Source: Perkinsus olseni
Taxonomy: Eukaryota
DNA length: 64,000 nucleotides
Direction: 5' to 3'
NCBI GenBank assembly: GCA_013115125.1
Contig: JABANN010000082.1
Location: 1 to 64,000 of the forward strand
Shown here: in pieces, positions 39,856 to 54,460 of the stretch
Numbering within the stretch: the stretch's first letter is position 1
Layout of the letters: every line of letters starts with the position of its first letter
Program-made: the position numbers and the translations under genes
Notes under the pieces: model-generated
Database searches by the model: none
Seen by the model: the letters and a program-made list of their open reading frames with translations, nothing else
What the model was told of the DNA's origin: nothing

Positions 39856-40598
39856 CGACTTGTAGTAGTATCTCCATCACAACGATAATGACAGGAGTAG
39901 GTTATCAGTGCATAATTCTGCTGATACCATCATCGACATCATCATTCTTGTCTTTGTTGTTGCCACTACTGTAACATAATGATTACATTTACCTTCTCCC
40001 GCTTCTACTGTATCATAATACTATAGCCACGATGCTTTTCTCTAATTACTACCTGGTGTGGTCAAACTAACACGGAGTCAATAAGAAGGGGGTCCATCAC
40101 CACCTCTGGGAACGATGCTTGGAATACAACCGATCAACATCATCACTGGTATGCCGACTAATAGTGTATTACCATCCCACGATACTACATGCTTATTTGG
40201 TCTGTACTGATGATCCTCGTGCTAGTGCTCATTTCACAGCGCTTCTTATTGCGTCGATTGTCGTTGTTATTAATAACAACGTGGCTTTTATTATTGCATT
40301 ATTATCATCGTCATCATTAACCTTTGCTAGTGTAATATAATAATGAGGATCTTCATAGTGATCTGCAATACTCAGCAATGGTACCTCCAATCGTTGTGTT
40401 GTTGTTGGAGTTGGGCGAGGAGGTAGTACCTTTCCTGCCACTGCTGCTACCACTTCAGCTGTATATACACGACTCTTCACTGGCACTATTGACGCAGCAA
40501 AGAGGTGTAAGGTAGCTCTTGGCGTCATTGTCGTGCTGTCCATCAGTTTTTGATGATATATAGTTGTACTCGTCCAGGCAGTTACTCCTCCCATCATA

Positions 40599-42617
40599 AT
40601 GGCTGATGCCACATCTCACTCCAGCTCTACCCCACCAGGTTTGCAACAACAACAGCAGGGTGATAATGATGGAGGGAAGGATGAAGAGGAGAACGATGGA
40701 AGGTATAGGGCTCTCAATGATGAGTACCATGCAAGCAAGTACCTTGAGAGTATCGGAGTAACGCCCACTGCACGACGCTGCAAGATGATGATCCGTCTAC
40801 AGCACCGGCAATATGGTACTCCACCTCGTAATGGTATTGAAGAGGGGCAAGGTAACAACATATCTTCGCGTCGAGACAGCACCAACACACCACAACAACA
40901 ACACCCCAGCCATACTGATACATCATCATCAGCAGCAGCAGAAGCAGTGGCTTCCTTGCTGCTGGATAAGAAGGGACTACCACCTCTTGTTATGTCGGAT
41001 GCATCACCATCACCGATACTCCTGCCTAATATACCTCTACATGGGTTTGATGAAGGTGAGGCCTCAGGAGGAGCCCCTCAAGAGGACAGTATGAAGGATG
41101 GTAACAAGTTGAATGAACTCCCAGTAGACCGCACTATTATGCACGAGTTGGAGAATCTTCGTCATCATCAACAGCGTCAGGAGCAAGCACGACACTCTCC
41201 TGGCAAAGATATGATACAAACAACTGGGGCCGAGATGGGTTGTGATGATGATAGGAACCGATCTATCGACCGGCTGCATACTGCTGGCCACGACAACGAC
41301 GACAATAATGATACCCAGTTCTGCCGTCTTACCAGAAGATTTGTATGGCCCTTTGCTTACCTCGATTACGAATCATCATCGTCATCATCATCCAGCCATC
41401 ATCGATCAATACGGCAGGAGTATGTTTGGGGTGGGTATGAGAGTAGTAGTGGTATGAGTATGGAGAGGGAGATAGACTCCACCCTACTGAAGGGGATAGT
41501 GAGGCACAAGCGAATAAGTATTACCTTACCGCAAGTGGAGGATTACATGACTCATTATATAACCAACACTTACCCTATACCACTACTACGTGGAGACATC
41601 CCTACCAGACGACGACTAGTGTCGGGTGTTGGTGACGATGAGCATCTCCCTCCACGCTTGGTAGAACAGTTCCATCGATTATGCAAGGAATGTGAGCTCG
41701 CCAGGTTAGGTGGTCTCTTGGCCCATCTAGCATACTGGCTTATGTTTGGGGGTAGCCAATCGGGCAGGATGGATGGTGAGGATACTCACACGAAGGGTCC
41801 TGAAGGGGATGAAGGCACCTCTGGTCTACCGAAGGAGCATCGTCAGGCATTGGTACTCACGATACTGCATCAATGGTCTCGAGTGCTGTCCAAGCTGCCG
41901 AGGATCTGCAGTGGGGGTCACCAACAGCAGCGGGCCTATTGGCTCCGACGATGTATCCTGTTACTGAAGGTATGTGTGAGGTGGATAATACTGGAATATC
42001 AATACCCCGCCCTACTCTCATTATCGAGCAGTATAGAAGGTAAGGTAAACGTTAGGATCAATGCTATGTTCAAAGTACTATTCGATCCTGATATGACCTT
42101 ATCAAGATTTCCGCATCTGGAGAGGCCATCGGCTGGGATGATGATCGATAAAGATGTGATACGCATGGCAAGGGAGGCGGACGCTAAAGCGACGGCTGCA
42201 TCTTCGACGCTTCCGCCTGACTGCCGTGGTAAGAGGCAAGGAAAGAGTAGGCAGGTAAAACCGTCATCCATGGTATACCAGAGTAGATCTCCGTTTCGCA
42301 GATACCCACTTCGCGGTTGTCGACCGCTGCACCCCCTCCTGCTGCGCATTGTAACACTGCTCTTCTGAGGTAGGCTGTACAACGCTGAATAGACCACTGC
42401 TTGGATTGCCTTGGTTAGGGTGTCGATGACTCCTGAGACATGCAGTCATCCGAGGGTTAGGAAGTATCTTACCAGACAACAGGAGTCGGCTACTACTAAA
42501 CACGCTTTCCTGCATGACTGGTTACAAGGTATTACTGATGAGCAACGCCAGAGTATAATAACTGGTATAATATATACCAGACAACAGCAGCAGCAGCATG
42601 CAGGCAATTCCTCCTGA
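40599..42617 (+). CDS. Hypothetical protein
   Basis: 589-aa ORF with a helical conserved-looking core (LLAHLAYWLMFG...VLFDPD..SRFPHLE) plus a probable last exon. Confidence 0.55.
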
Positions 42618-42773
42618 GGTGTTCAAGTGAATGATAGCATTGTGTTCAGTGGACGTGAAGTAGTTATCAGTAGTAATGGTGCGGTAATGGTGATGATGAA
42701 GCATTACTCGTGGAGGTGCCTCCTCCTCCTAACCCTTTTCGGTGTTGCCCAGTAGTAGACCTCTTTTGTCACC

Positions 42774-44160
42774 ATGACTAAGGCTCGCCGTGCAGGACGT
42801 CGTGCAGGGAAGAAGCGACCTGCTGGGTTCAAGCCTATCAGGGTTAAGCCATCAACAACAACGACAGCTGATACATCGTCTGCTGATACGATGATAAGGA
42901 CCCACTTGAAAGTGCTGTCCACCAATCGTACGTGGAGATTGAGAAGTCTAGTCAGCCACCAGGCTGCTGAAGCTGAGACACGTCCTTCCTCTACTTCCCC
43001 ATCTAGAGAGGATCGCCATCGTGTCCGTACAAGGAGCGAATTGACTGAGGCTGATGATAGCGGCATCATCTTCAATTCCAACGGTGCTGATGAGCAGGAA
43101 GACACTGTGGTAAACTGTTCTGCTACGCCTCGGGCTGTGCTGGGCTGAGATGAGGTTGTTTCTCAGAACACAGCAGGGTCGCCGTTGCAGACAAGTAATG
43201 ATGGTATGATGATACAGCCTGGACAGCCTCTAGGCAAACGTCCTAGGTTGAGTAAATCACCGCTCCACTCCAAGGCCATCGGGACAGCCTCTCCTACTCT
43301 AGTAGCTCATGCTGATGATGATGATGATGATGATGATGGTGCATCCATCTGGAAGGGCTTTAGGAAGGTAGAGGTGGCTCTGTAGGCGTGTATCATTACA
43401 GGATTACTTCAGGTTAAAGGGTCTGTCATAGGGGCTCACCCACAACTGGATAGAGCACCATCGAACGGCAATGACGCTCTGTCATTACGCGATGAAGGAT
43501 GCCATGGTGACCGGGCTACTAGTGATCGCTCTTCGGAAGGCGACAATGAACATGAGCTGCTGACCTCACCTGCGGTCCTTACCTTCTACAGTGGTAACAT
43601 GTCCTTTGAGCTTTCACCAAGCAGAGATGTGAAGATCGCAAAAAATATCGATAGCAAACGGAAGAGCGGGGATCGTCGGCTCCCAGCACCCGAAGTATGT
43701 CTACTGTCGACAACAGCAGAGGGATGCCCGATGACTGAGGATGCCTGTATAGCAGGATTGTGGAAGTCTATCGGCTGGGAGGTTGGTTATGAATGATGGA
43801 TTACTGGTGAGTTGAGGATGCCTGTTCAGGTAGAGTTGCATTACGACTGTGAAAGTGGTAAAGTATGGGGCAGATGGGGCCCATTGCAGGCCATTACAGC
43901 CTATCTCAGTGGTAGTGCCAATGAAGAGCATCTGTGCTGGGATAACGCAGTGCTCAGGTGATCGGCTGGTTGATGGTATCCTGGAGTTGGGTGGAATACA
44001 ACTTACCGAGGCAGTTGTTGATCTTCAAGGTGGTACCATACACTGGGGGACGGGAGAGGTACGATGCCCTTCGGTCGCCATTCTTGTTAATCGTCCGTTC
44101 CCCTTCAGAGGTGGACGAGGCTTCCCGCGGTATGAGCAAGCGGATATGAGCACAAATTGA
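42774..44160 (+). CDS. Hypothetical protein (multi-exon)
   Basis: Chain of plus-strand ORFs with GT-AG gaps; basic N-terminus. Confidence 0.35.
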
Positions 44161-44413
44161 AGCTAGTTCACGTGTATCTCTTTATGCATGATGACAAGTC
44201 TCGAAGACATAATTCACATCTATGATGAGTTGCTGCTGTGTTAAGTTGTCGTAGAAATGGTATGCAGTCTTTTCATGATGGTGGGAACGTGTGATGATTG
44301 CCACGAGCGAGCAATCGTTGTAGAGATATTCGGTCATTGTTCTCTTGATAGACGGTCCTAATGCACTCTGACACTTAACGCAACACCACTTCGACTATGA
44401 AAATGGTTCAGAA

Positions 44414-45455
44414 TTAGAAGGTATCATCCTCTTCTGCATCTCTAAGCACAATATGTACGAAGAGATCGGTATAGGAGGCATGCAACATTAGCCACCATAA
44501 TGGCGTTTCCTCACTGATATGAATACCATGGACGATAGGGATCATACTTGAAGCATCTATCTCAGACAGCAACTGTGATACTGTACAGCAGGGGTTACTG
44601 GAGTATAGGAAAACACTGGATGAGGATGGTACGTAGATCTTCAACGGCACTCTAGATATCTCATCGATCTTTCTCGAGCTAGCGTTACGTAACTCTTTCG
44701 AGTCAACACATTCATTGAGAATACGAGGATCTCGGCGACGTAGACGTTGGATGTCGGCTGTTAGCATGAGCCCGAATGCTGTGGGGGCATGCCGAGGTAA
44801 TTGTATAGCGATGGCGGCCTTCATCTGGTTGAAGTGTAGGCTTGAGAACTGATCACACGTCTGAAAATAAGGGAAGCGTGCAACGCACATGCTTGGTGGT
44901 ATATCATAGCGATGGTCTCCCTTTATTCACCTTGAACTCCGGTAGACTCTGAGGTGATGGGTAATACATAAAGTGAGCGGTTATCCTCCATGGCATTGAT
45001 GCAAGGACCCCTTCTCGCACCGGAGGACCGTAGAGATCAAATAGAACTCCCAAAGGTGTTGACCAATTGAGTGGGATAGACCTCTCTTCAGCCATACAGA
45101 TATCGAACCACAGTGGACAGTCAATACTATCGCTGAGAACATAGCGGAGCTGATACGTCGAGAACGGTGTTGCGGCTCACCTGGACGAGGCTGCCCCCAG
45201 CAAAGGCGGGACGAACGTCTTGAAGTGGTCACGAACGACTGCGTACAGGTCAACGAGGTATTCCGTTCGCAGAGGATGACAGAACAAAGGAGGAGGATGT
45301 CGGTGTGCAGTGACCTCCTCCTGAGACATTGCTATCTCAATCAGTAGTCGTCCACCGGAGATCAGGTCTCGACTATTTGGATCAGTGAGGAGCTCCAACG
45401 TCGGGGTGTCGGCTGTCTGTAGTGACGAGGCGTCGATCTGGGGATCAGTGGACAT
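44414..45455 (-). CDS. ATG5: Autophagy protein 5
   Basis: WFD, PLNWSTPLGVLFDLY, PWRITAHF..YP, NQMKAA, RVPLKIY, IVHGIHISEETPLWWL...SYTDLFVHIVL. Confidence 0.85.
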
Positions 45456-45677
45456 TCAGAAACGTTGACAGACAACCTAGGTACTGAACTCGAGGGGTTT
45501 ACCAACTCGACGACAAGTGGGGGCCCACAGATACACGACGCAAAGTAGCATGAACGGGAGCCTCTCACGCTGCAGCCGATGGTTCGGTTGTTGAATGCGA
45601 CATGTTGTTCACTTCAATCACTTTATTGTATCTATCATCGGTAGATTACACAGGTGATAGAGTAAGACTCGTAACGA

Positions 45678-47885
45678 TTACCGCTGCCTATGCTTTAGCA
45701 TGTACATAGCTACAGAGGTTATTGGATCGCCCGGTCGATCTCTCGCTGCCTCATTGATGGCCGGTGCCAATACAGGCAGTACTGCTTCCCTTAGATAGCT
45801 GCGTGGGGTGAGTGACCTCATGGATTCGTGATGCGCTTCTAGTGCTGATGATGCTGGAGCCTTCAGCTGTTCTTCCTTCTCGGTTCGGAGCTTAGGAAAA
45901 TGATAAAGACTGCCGCAGCAGCAGTAGTCGTAGTAGTAGTAGTAGTAGTCAGCCAACCTGCATGGTATGCTTGTCAATAGCTTCCTCTACTAGCAGCTTG
46001 AAATAGTCCATGTGGGTTGTTGCACGGTAACTCTCCACTCTAAGGTGTATCCCCTTATCCCCCACAGTTGTTGATGTATCTATTCATACACCCGTCACTG
46101 ATGATGATGACGATGGCCAGTACTCCCCTACTTGAGAGGACATCCACGACCCTTGCTGCATTGGCCTGTCCAGACGCTATGTAGACATGCTGTATGTTGG
46201 TATCGGCCGGGTTGATAAGTATCTCCCGCAATGGCTGAGTCGTGTCTAAAATACACACCTCCACACACATCAGAGATGCCTTCTCTATCTTACCATCATC
46301 TGTAGGTCTTTCGATGATGCTGACTACACGACCCTCCGGTATGAGCTCGTGTACCAGTCCAGAATATGCCTCTGCAAAGCCTCTGTATTCGGTGGGAACA
46401 TCGTCGGTATTCGAGGTATCCATCTGTTCCTCGTCATTGGCTGGTGATGATGATGATTCTTCCGCCGCCTGCGAGAGCGTCCCTACATGAACCGTGCTGG
46501 CAGCTTACCTCGACACTCTGATGCTTGTTGCGTTGAGGGAAGGATAGTATAGTGAGGTGGTTGTCATCATCTTGTGTGGAGGCGATGATGACCCCTGTAT
46601 GTGTTGACTGTGGTCGGATGTCCATCATACCATCAACGCTGCCATCATTGGCTATCTTCTTGGTGAAGTATTTACCACAATATGCAGGATGCTTGCCCTC
46701 ACACAGTAGTTGTAATTCCTCTACAACACTCGCTACATCCTCAGTGACCAGGATAGAAGGATCATCGTCATCGCTTGATATGGCGTCCCTTAGAACTATA
46801 GCAAAATCCCTTCTAGCATGTGCAAAGTCTATGATCATATTGATGAAGCTCGGCAGGAGGCTATAGAGGCCGTGCCTGAGGAAGAAGCCAGCAATGATGA
46901 TGATGGAGATGCTGCTGCTGTTGTTACCTGAAGATGCCCTTCACTCCGGTATGTTCCCTATTATCGGAGTCCGCATCACTCTGTCTAACATTCACTTTAC
47001 TAGGCAGTCCGAACCCCTTTCGCACAGAGGGAGGTAGGGACAGACACTTGATGATCTGGTCGAACTCGCCACGGAGTTTGGCACCCGGTGAGGTTTTCTT
47101 GCTAGTGAACTCGAGGAGTAACTCATTGATGATATCCTCTCTGCAGGAGGCACAACATCGACGCTGCTATGATTGTAGGTACCGTTATCGGACTTTTTGC
47201 TTTCTCTTCCTTCCTCACCATCCTCGCCATCCTCAGCCACCGGCACCTCCTGTCCGTACTTCGTATCGAGGTAATCTAGGTAGGTGATCAAGACGGTGTC
47301 GCTGTTATTGGTATCCCCGGAGGATCCATCAACAACAGACTGTGGGCGGCCCACCCCTCCCCCTGCTGCCTCAGCTTGTGCCTTACTCCACGACTGCGTG
47401 TTGAGAGAGCTATGATGAAGAGCTCACATGATCCGAGGGGTTGACCATCGTGGGTGGGTTGATTGATGTACTGGATGCTGCTAGTATCCACTGACCAGTG
47501 GTTGAGTCTACAGTACCCCATGCCATCGATGCAAGCCATTTATTGACCTGTTGGGATGGAGGGAGGGGGGAGCATACAACATCCTAGTGCATTACCATGA
47601 GCTCAGTGTAGTCCCTACAGGTAGAGGGTCTATGCATGACAGACGGTACGTCAACATGTATGATTATACGACGGCCCGCGGACGCCTCATCGTCCTCAAG
47701 AATCTCCTTGGCTGCTGCAGCTACAGGTGGCGAGCCGCTATCATCATCAGCATTCTAGTCATGAACATGATGAGTTGATGACGATTACTCCCGCGTGGTA
47801 CTTGGGTTGTTGGCAGTGGCGATAGAGGGTCTGCTGAGGGGCCCTCAATGTCCGTCGGAGGTGGTTGGGATTCATTAGTTGACAT
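45678..47885 (-). CDS. Uncharacterised protein with C-terminal Dpy-30 motif (multi-exon)
   Basis: C-terminal RSYLREAVLPVLAPAINEAARDRPGDPITSVAMYMLKH; upstream exons correspond to ORFs 47288, 46992, 46434 and 46055. Confidence 0.6.
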
Positions 47886-48314
47886 CGAGTAGGGTGTGAA
47901 CGAACGCTAACACGTTGAGCAGCATGCTTCTGCTGCTTCACTTAACACAATAGGACATCAGTCTTCCATCATCTACAGTGTTGTTGTGGTTGTTATACTA
48001 CAGTTATACATACTATTCAGCAGCAGCTTACTATGATAATGACGATGATGATACATGAAGAGCAATACTGATAATAATGATTCAATAACAACTACTACTA
48101 CTGGTTCTCGATACCCAAAAGTGTCCTCCTGAGCCCTTTGAGAGGTATGGCCCCGAACTTAGGAGGAGGAGAGCTGAGAACTTCAAACAATCAACAAGCA
48201 GAAGTGGGCCACAATAAAACTAATACCAGTGAGGACCATGTTACACGGAAGAATGCCAACACCCGGAGGCGGCGGAGGAGCAGTAGACGAAGCATTGACC
48301 CTTAATCATGATGA

Positions 48315-49540
48315 TCAGCGGGTAGTAGTGACAACAGTAGTGGTACTACGATTGTTGTTAGCAGCATTATTGGAGGCTGCATACTCAGCACTAAGCTTCG
48401 CAAAGGCTTCCTTAGCACGTTCATGATCACACTTATCAGGGTGACATAGAAGCGCCGCCCGTCGGTACAACTGAGAGAAGATATGATACTACATAAAATG
48501 CCCTGCCACTAGTACTACCCGGTCCTTATCCACCTCTGTTTGGCCAGGCTGGGGTTGTAGATCCAGTAGACTCCGTAATACAGGCCATAATCCTAATTCA
48601 TCGGGGCATTCCACAATACCCAAAACCACCTGTTCACGTGTGCTTGGCACCTGTGACTTTAAACGAGTAACCAATTGATTAACCTTAGCAGTTGTTTCCA
48701 CGGTCTGATGTTGAAGGGATACTCCCTTATGTAAGGATGCTTGATACTCCATCCTAGCAGCCTTTAAGGCAGCTGCTTGCCGCTCTCGAGGGGTCAAACC
48801 AGACAAGGGGTCCACCGGACCTCGGGAGGAGGAGGTACCGCCACTCCTACTACCCGATTTACTACGGAATATACCACCAGAACACCTCAAGGGAGGTGGT
48901 GCCTTAGCCAGCCTACAGTCAGGGCATGATAGAGGCTTATCATAGGGGGCTGATACATTCTGAGACTGGGTAAACTTATGACCATATCGGCAACCATAAC
49001 GCAGGGTTATCGTCCTAGCATCAGGTGGTACATCAAGAGCGGTCGTCAGTAACTTTAGATTATTCTCTCTAGCTCTGGTAGCATGAGGTTCGAGTAATGC
49101 CGCACAGACTGGACACTGACCACCACGCCGAGAGGAGGGCCCTTCATAGTGGCCTGCTGACTCATGGCCACCAGCTGATCCCTGTTGATGACTGCTAGCA
49201 TGGGCACTGCTCCTACTACTACTACCACCATCATCAACCCACTTGTGTTTAACCGGACATTCATTAGTATGAACCCCCAGAGAACCGCTACTACGCTTAT
49301 CTGCATGACGACCTTTAGGGGCGTACCGAGGGGCGAAGCTAGTACTACTACTACCAGCCCTACTACCAGTACACTGCCCTTTACCGTCTGGCACCTGACC
49401 GACCCTGATTGAAGCCTTATTGTTGGAGGCATGAGACCGATGATGTTGCTGAAGTGATCTCGGTGGCGGCAGCGGCCCTCGCAACCCTCCTGCACGGGTG
49501 GTACTCAATCGGATAGGATGGCTCAGGTTAACAGAGGGCG

Positions 49541-49575
<35 letters not shown>

Positions 49576-50174
49576 GGCCGCAATGCTTCGCGACTCAACA
49601 ACCCATCTGATAGAGGAGGCGATGCTATAGTCTGGGACCGCCTTCTTTTCAATGGTATCGTGGGGTTGGTCTGGGTTCCATTCCTTCTCGGCGGAACCGC
49701 TGCTGGTCCTCCTGCCGTTGGACTCCTACCAGCTGCAGAAGGGGGTCGATGATGATGATGGTGTCGATGATGATTATTATTATTGACTCTGCTTGCAGCA
49801 GAAGGAGAAGAGGATGAGCTTCCTTTTAGCTTCTGCGGGGGTCGTGCGTCCATGCATAGAGCACCACCGGTATTGACTGCCGTGTGCCGTTGCGAGGGTG
49901 GCTGCCGCTGATTAATAGCAGGAGCAGGAGAAGGCGGTGGCGCCGATGGAACACCGGTACTCCATCGAAATGACTGCTGCTTCTGCTGTTGAGGCCGATG
50001 GTGACTGAGCGGTGGAGAACTAAATCGGAGGGATGTTGTAGTTGGTGGCGAAGGAGGAGGAGGGGCAGCAGCAGCAGCAGCCGGAGTAGCCACGGACGCC
50101 CTAGCAATGAACATAGTAGAGCAGGGGGTCTGCCGAAGATGCTGCTGTTGCTGCTGTCCCTGCATGAAGTGCAT
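48315..50174 (-). CDS. Disordered N-terminus, zinc-ribbon and C-terminal DnaJ domain protein
   Basis: CPVC...CRYGHKF...CPDC; last exon LYRRAALLCHPDKCDHERAKEAFAKL contains the HPD J-domain motif. Confidence 0.65.
49540..49575. repeat. (GTT)n microsatellite (poly-Thr on minus strand)
   Basis: About 12 tandem gtt units. Confidence 0.9.
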
Positions 50175-50348
50175 ATGCTAGAAATAAACTATATGCGGAT
50201 AGAGTATGATGAGGATAACACAAGCTGGCAAGGAGTATACACAAGTAGAGACATAGAGGGAGTAGTGACGGTAGGCAACACCACCCGAAGCAGCAGCAGG
50301 GGAGTAGTAGTAGCATGGCATCAAATGCATGCATCATCATCATGGTGG

Positions 50349-51208
50349 TCAATCAGACAACGTGTTCTGCGTAGTCCTCAGCGGTCGGACAGGATTCTGA
50401 AAGGCAATGGTAATGCAGCAAGGGGATGATGGTACTCGATGGTCCACACCTGGCTCTTTGCCCACGTGTCTAGTTGCCCCTTCGATAACATCAACACTAG
50501 GAACAGTATCATCGACGACATCCGGTAGCATGGCAGCCTTGCTGCTAGTGGCGAGGGGCTCATTATCCTCACAAGGCTGATGGTCATGCTGTTGATGATG
50601 ATGATGACTATTGTGTTCTTTGAGGTAGTTAGCTATCCATACCAGTGGGTCGAAATTGAGGGTCTCCCCCTCATCATTCTGCCCCTCACTGACAGCAGCA
50701 GCCTGGGATATGGCATCATCAGCACAGCTACCCTCCACAGACGATATGAGTGATGTTGATGCAATAGAATGACAGTCCGAGTCAGGGGGCCTCAGGGCGC
50801 CACTGTTGCTCTTACTGCTACTGCTAGTACGCCTTGTAGCAGCGGCACTACCAGGTACCACTTGCCCAAGGCTTTTGCGGCCTGGAGTCCGTTTCTTCAT
50901 AGTGCTTTGTCTAGCACGACGAGCACTGGAGGCAGCACTACGTTCCGCATCCTGAAATGGACTTCCACTTCTACTACTGCTGCGCCGGCGGCGCGCATGA
51001 CCCTTTTCTTAATCCAGTAGGTGAGATGTCCATTGGCCTTCACTTCCTTCAGCAGAGCCTCTATAGCAGGCACCAATACTGGCAGTACCGACTCCCTGGC
51101 ATACCTATAGCAATTCTCCACAATTCCTGTTACCCAGTAGTACCAATCCTACTGCCGAGCTTGCATATTAGCATCAACTATTGGTGTGTGGTATGACGCA
51201 GCTGGCAT
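50349..51208 (-). CDS. Hypothetical protein with split dimerisation/docking (Dpy-30/RIIa-like) motif
   Basis: YARESVLPVLVPAIEALLKE ... FDPLVWIANYLKEHN. Confidence 0.5.
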
Positions 51209-52185
51209 TAGGAAATGAAAGGAGGGGAGTGTTTACAGCTGGGAAGGGGCCACTGGTAGGATCATGTATTAACTAGACATCGATCGTCGATGGTTATGGT
51301 GGTGTAGATGATGATGGCAGAGATGATGAAACTAATGATACATAAAGGTGAAAATGCTACTACGGCTATGCATCATCATCATACGATCCTCAGGGACCAT
51401 CGGAGGGTAACGGCTCCCTTATCATTTTATTGAATACTTCATCCTTGAGGAAAGCCAGATCCGTAGCAACCCTCGATCCGACTTCTTCAAGCCAATCGTA
51501 ACTAGCATTATGACGTATAGTATGATGATGAAGCCCCTTCCCTGTAGTACTCCCCTTCATCCCGTCCAACCACAGCCAGTAGGACTAGCATTGGATCATC
51601 TTCACACTCTGATTGGGCGAATGCAGTGACTCTAACAGCTGTCTTCTGGCCAGGACTGTATTCGCACTGCATCAAGAGTGATGTCAGAGCTGATCCTAGA
51701 GCATTCTCCGTGCACTGAAGAGAGGAAGGGAAGGGCGATAAGATGATCCTCGACGGGTATGGTGATGATTACCTTATACTCCATATAAACATTAGCAGCA
51801 ACAGCTCCAATAGTCTTCGAAGATTCATCCGATGAAGCCCTCGCCGCTGCTACAACCATGCCATCATCAGTCACTAGTCTGAATGCCGATGATGGCGGTT
51901 CGGATGGTACGGGAGCAGGAGTGCTGTTGTTCTTCAGACTACTACAAGACATTCCTCTTCATGTGGTCTTTCTCCTTATCCAGAGTGCGCGCCAAGGCGT
52001 AGGAGAGCTCTCGCGAACGGAACATCGGCAGATGAGGAGGGCGGGGGGATCCACAAAAAAACTAGAGGGCAAGCCGACGACTACGTCCATGGAACCCCTA
52101 CGACTCATACACAGCAATGAGATAGTCGTGTGCATGACGAGAAACCGGTAATGAAGTAACGTTGAAGGCTGTTAATGATGTACAC

Positions 52186-54300
52186 CTATGAGTGTTGGCG
52201 GTAGAACCAACCTGCACAGAGGCCGACGGACAAGAGCAGGTCGATGAGTTCTTTGGAGCAGGATCCGCAGTCCTCATCATCCTCTTGCTGTTGCTGATCC
52301 CCGCTACACTCTTCCAGATCGGACGCTTTGAATGTTGCTGACGTGACGGTTGATGAAGTATGATGACGCTGTAACCATGTCATAAGTGGTACCAGCTCAG
52401 AAGGGACCTGATGGCTACACATCAGCCCAGAGAATGAGTAGCCTGGTCCGTGGGGCAAGAGAGAGAACCGATCAAGAACCGCTCTGGTCACATTCACCCT
52501 GTAGTACCTTTATTATAACACGGACAAGGTCATCGAAGTTCGTGTCATCTCGGCAATAGTTGAGGTGTAGGGAGTACAGCTTGGAGTCCTCTTCTACCAT
52601 CTCCGTCTCCTCATCAGCCTCATCGATATCAGCCGTCCCTGGGCGTCGGGCAGCTTCAATCTCGGCATCATCACGTAATCGTATTTCCGGCAAGTTATCC
52701 TCATCATCGCTATCCACGTCATCGTCCCCATCCTCCTCCTCTAGGTCCGTGGTATCCAATTCACACCTATTATCAGTACCCTACACAACCACAGTGATGC
52801 CCTTCCATCTTACCCTTCAGGCGCCTCTACAACAGTAGCCAATCTATTGAACACAAAGACATCACTACTATCCAAGGGTCCAATAGTAGACAGGATATCA
52901 GCTAGCTGCATTCGCACTTCAGCTGGCTTCGTTAAATCTAATAGCTTGGGTAATGCCCTAAGGTGCACTCTTTACATGCTCACCAACTCCAATCTATCGC
53001 CATACCACTTACCCTTCCACTCCACTTGCCATTTCACGGGCTGACAGACTATCGAGTACAGGCTTCACTTCACTCGCCATAAGTGCCTTGAGTTGTCCCT
53101 CCAATGATGCCCTCGACGGTAAGGCGGCTACTGGCCATACTAGGGCCGGTCTCTGCAGCAACAACTGTTTAACAGCACCTGCTATGATATCAGCCCAACG
53201 TAACGGTATGATAGATATGTTAATAGCAATATTCTCATCATCCAGACTCTCCACTTTATGCCATACACCAGCGGGGTGGAACAAAACATCACCCGGGGAT
53301 AGGATGATCTCCTCGGCATCAGCAAAGTACCTATGCGCATGGGCGTACCTGTGGATACCATGTTAGGAGTAAAGTTGGTGCTCACTCATCCGGCGGACGA
53401 TACTGTGCTTCCGAGTGTTGCATCCTAGCTGACTTGAGTTGCTGTTCATGATTCGATGATGTTGCAAAGTGTGGTGACCTCCCTCTTATGGGATAACATT
53501 CAGTTGATGATGCCTGATGAGTACGTATTTCACTAAATACTACTCCTCTACACACCTTGAGACTCCACTTCTTCCGTCCACTAAGTTGAATAGTGAAGTT
53601 AGTTTGGAAATCCGTATGCCAATCAGTAGTATGGCCTTTACGACATACAAAAGTCTCTATCTCACTCCGCTTAGTGTGATCAGCATACTCTCCACAGGCT
53701 TTAGGAACTCCCAAGCCCTCTGCTATCGATGTACACATGAGATCCGTTAGTGGCTGTGGAGCAGGGAAGTACCTATTAAGGTGTCCATCGAAATCAGTGT
53801 GATATAGCCATCCTCCCACACTACAATTGAGCCCCTGCTTTTAGTGCCGCTACCGCTGCTGATGGGTCGTGTAATTCAATACTACTGGCAGGTTCATCAG
53901 AGAATGGCCCAGTAGGGGTTAACCAAGTATGTATAACATCACTAGGAGACGCCTGAAGCATCTGTTCTACGTCCAAGCCAGCTAGATATTGTGAACATAT
54001 ATCATCCAGTACATCTCCTGTTGCACCATCTCTGAATACTATTGGACGGCCCTTTAGGTAGTGCTCTGTTATGAAGCCATCTCTGATATATCCGCTGCCC
54101 TTGAGAAGAGTTTGCAGCAGTTTTCCTCTCTTGCAACACTCCTCCAGGGACATTTCGTCATCCTCTGGCGTGAGAGCATCCGTCACTTTGATCCACGGTT
54201 CAGTGGTACGAGCCTTCTTGGCCACTGACGCTTCGGGACTATTATCACTGCCTCGTTTACCCTTCAGACCATCATTCAACATCTTTTCACTCGAGGGCAT
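52186..54300 (-). CDS. JmjC/cupin-4 2OG-Fe(II) oxygenase (ribosomal-oxygenase-like), multi-exon
   Basis: TDWHTDFQTNFTIQLSGRKKW (HxD) and LSPGDVLFHPAGVWHKVES (distal His). Confidence 0.75.
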
Positions 54301-54460
54301 CCCTATGAACTACCAACTGTACGGAAACACCCGCGAACTCCGGCTAATACCCTTCCCCCAACTATATCAACATAAAACACAACACGGGTATACATCTACC
54401 TCTTGCGGTATCATCAAACGCTCTTATTCCCTGAGATACACTTGGTCGTACGACTTAAAT

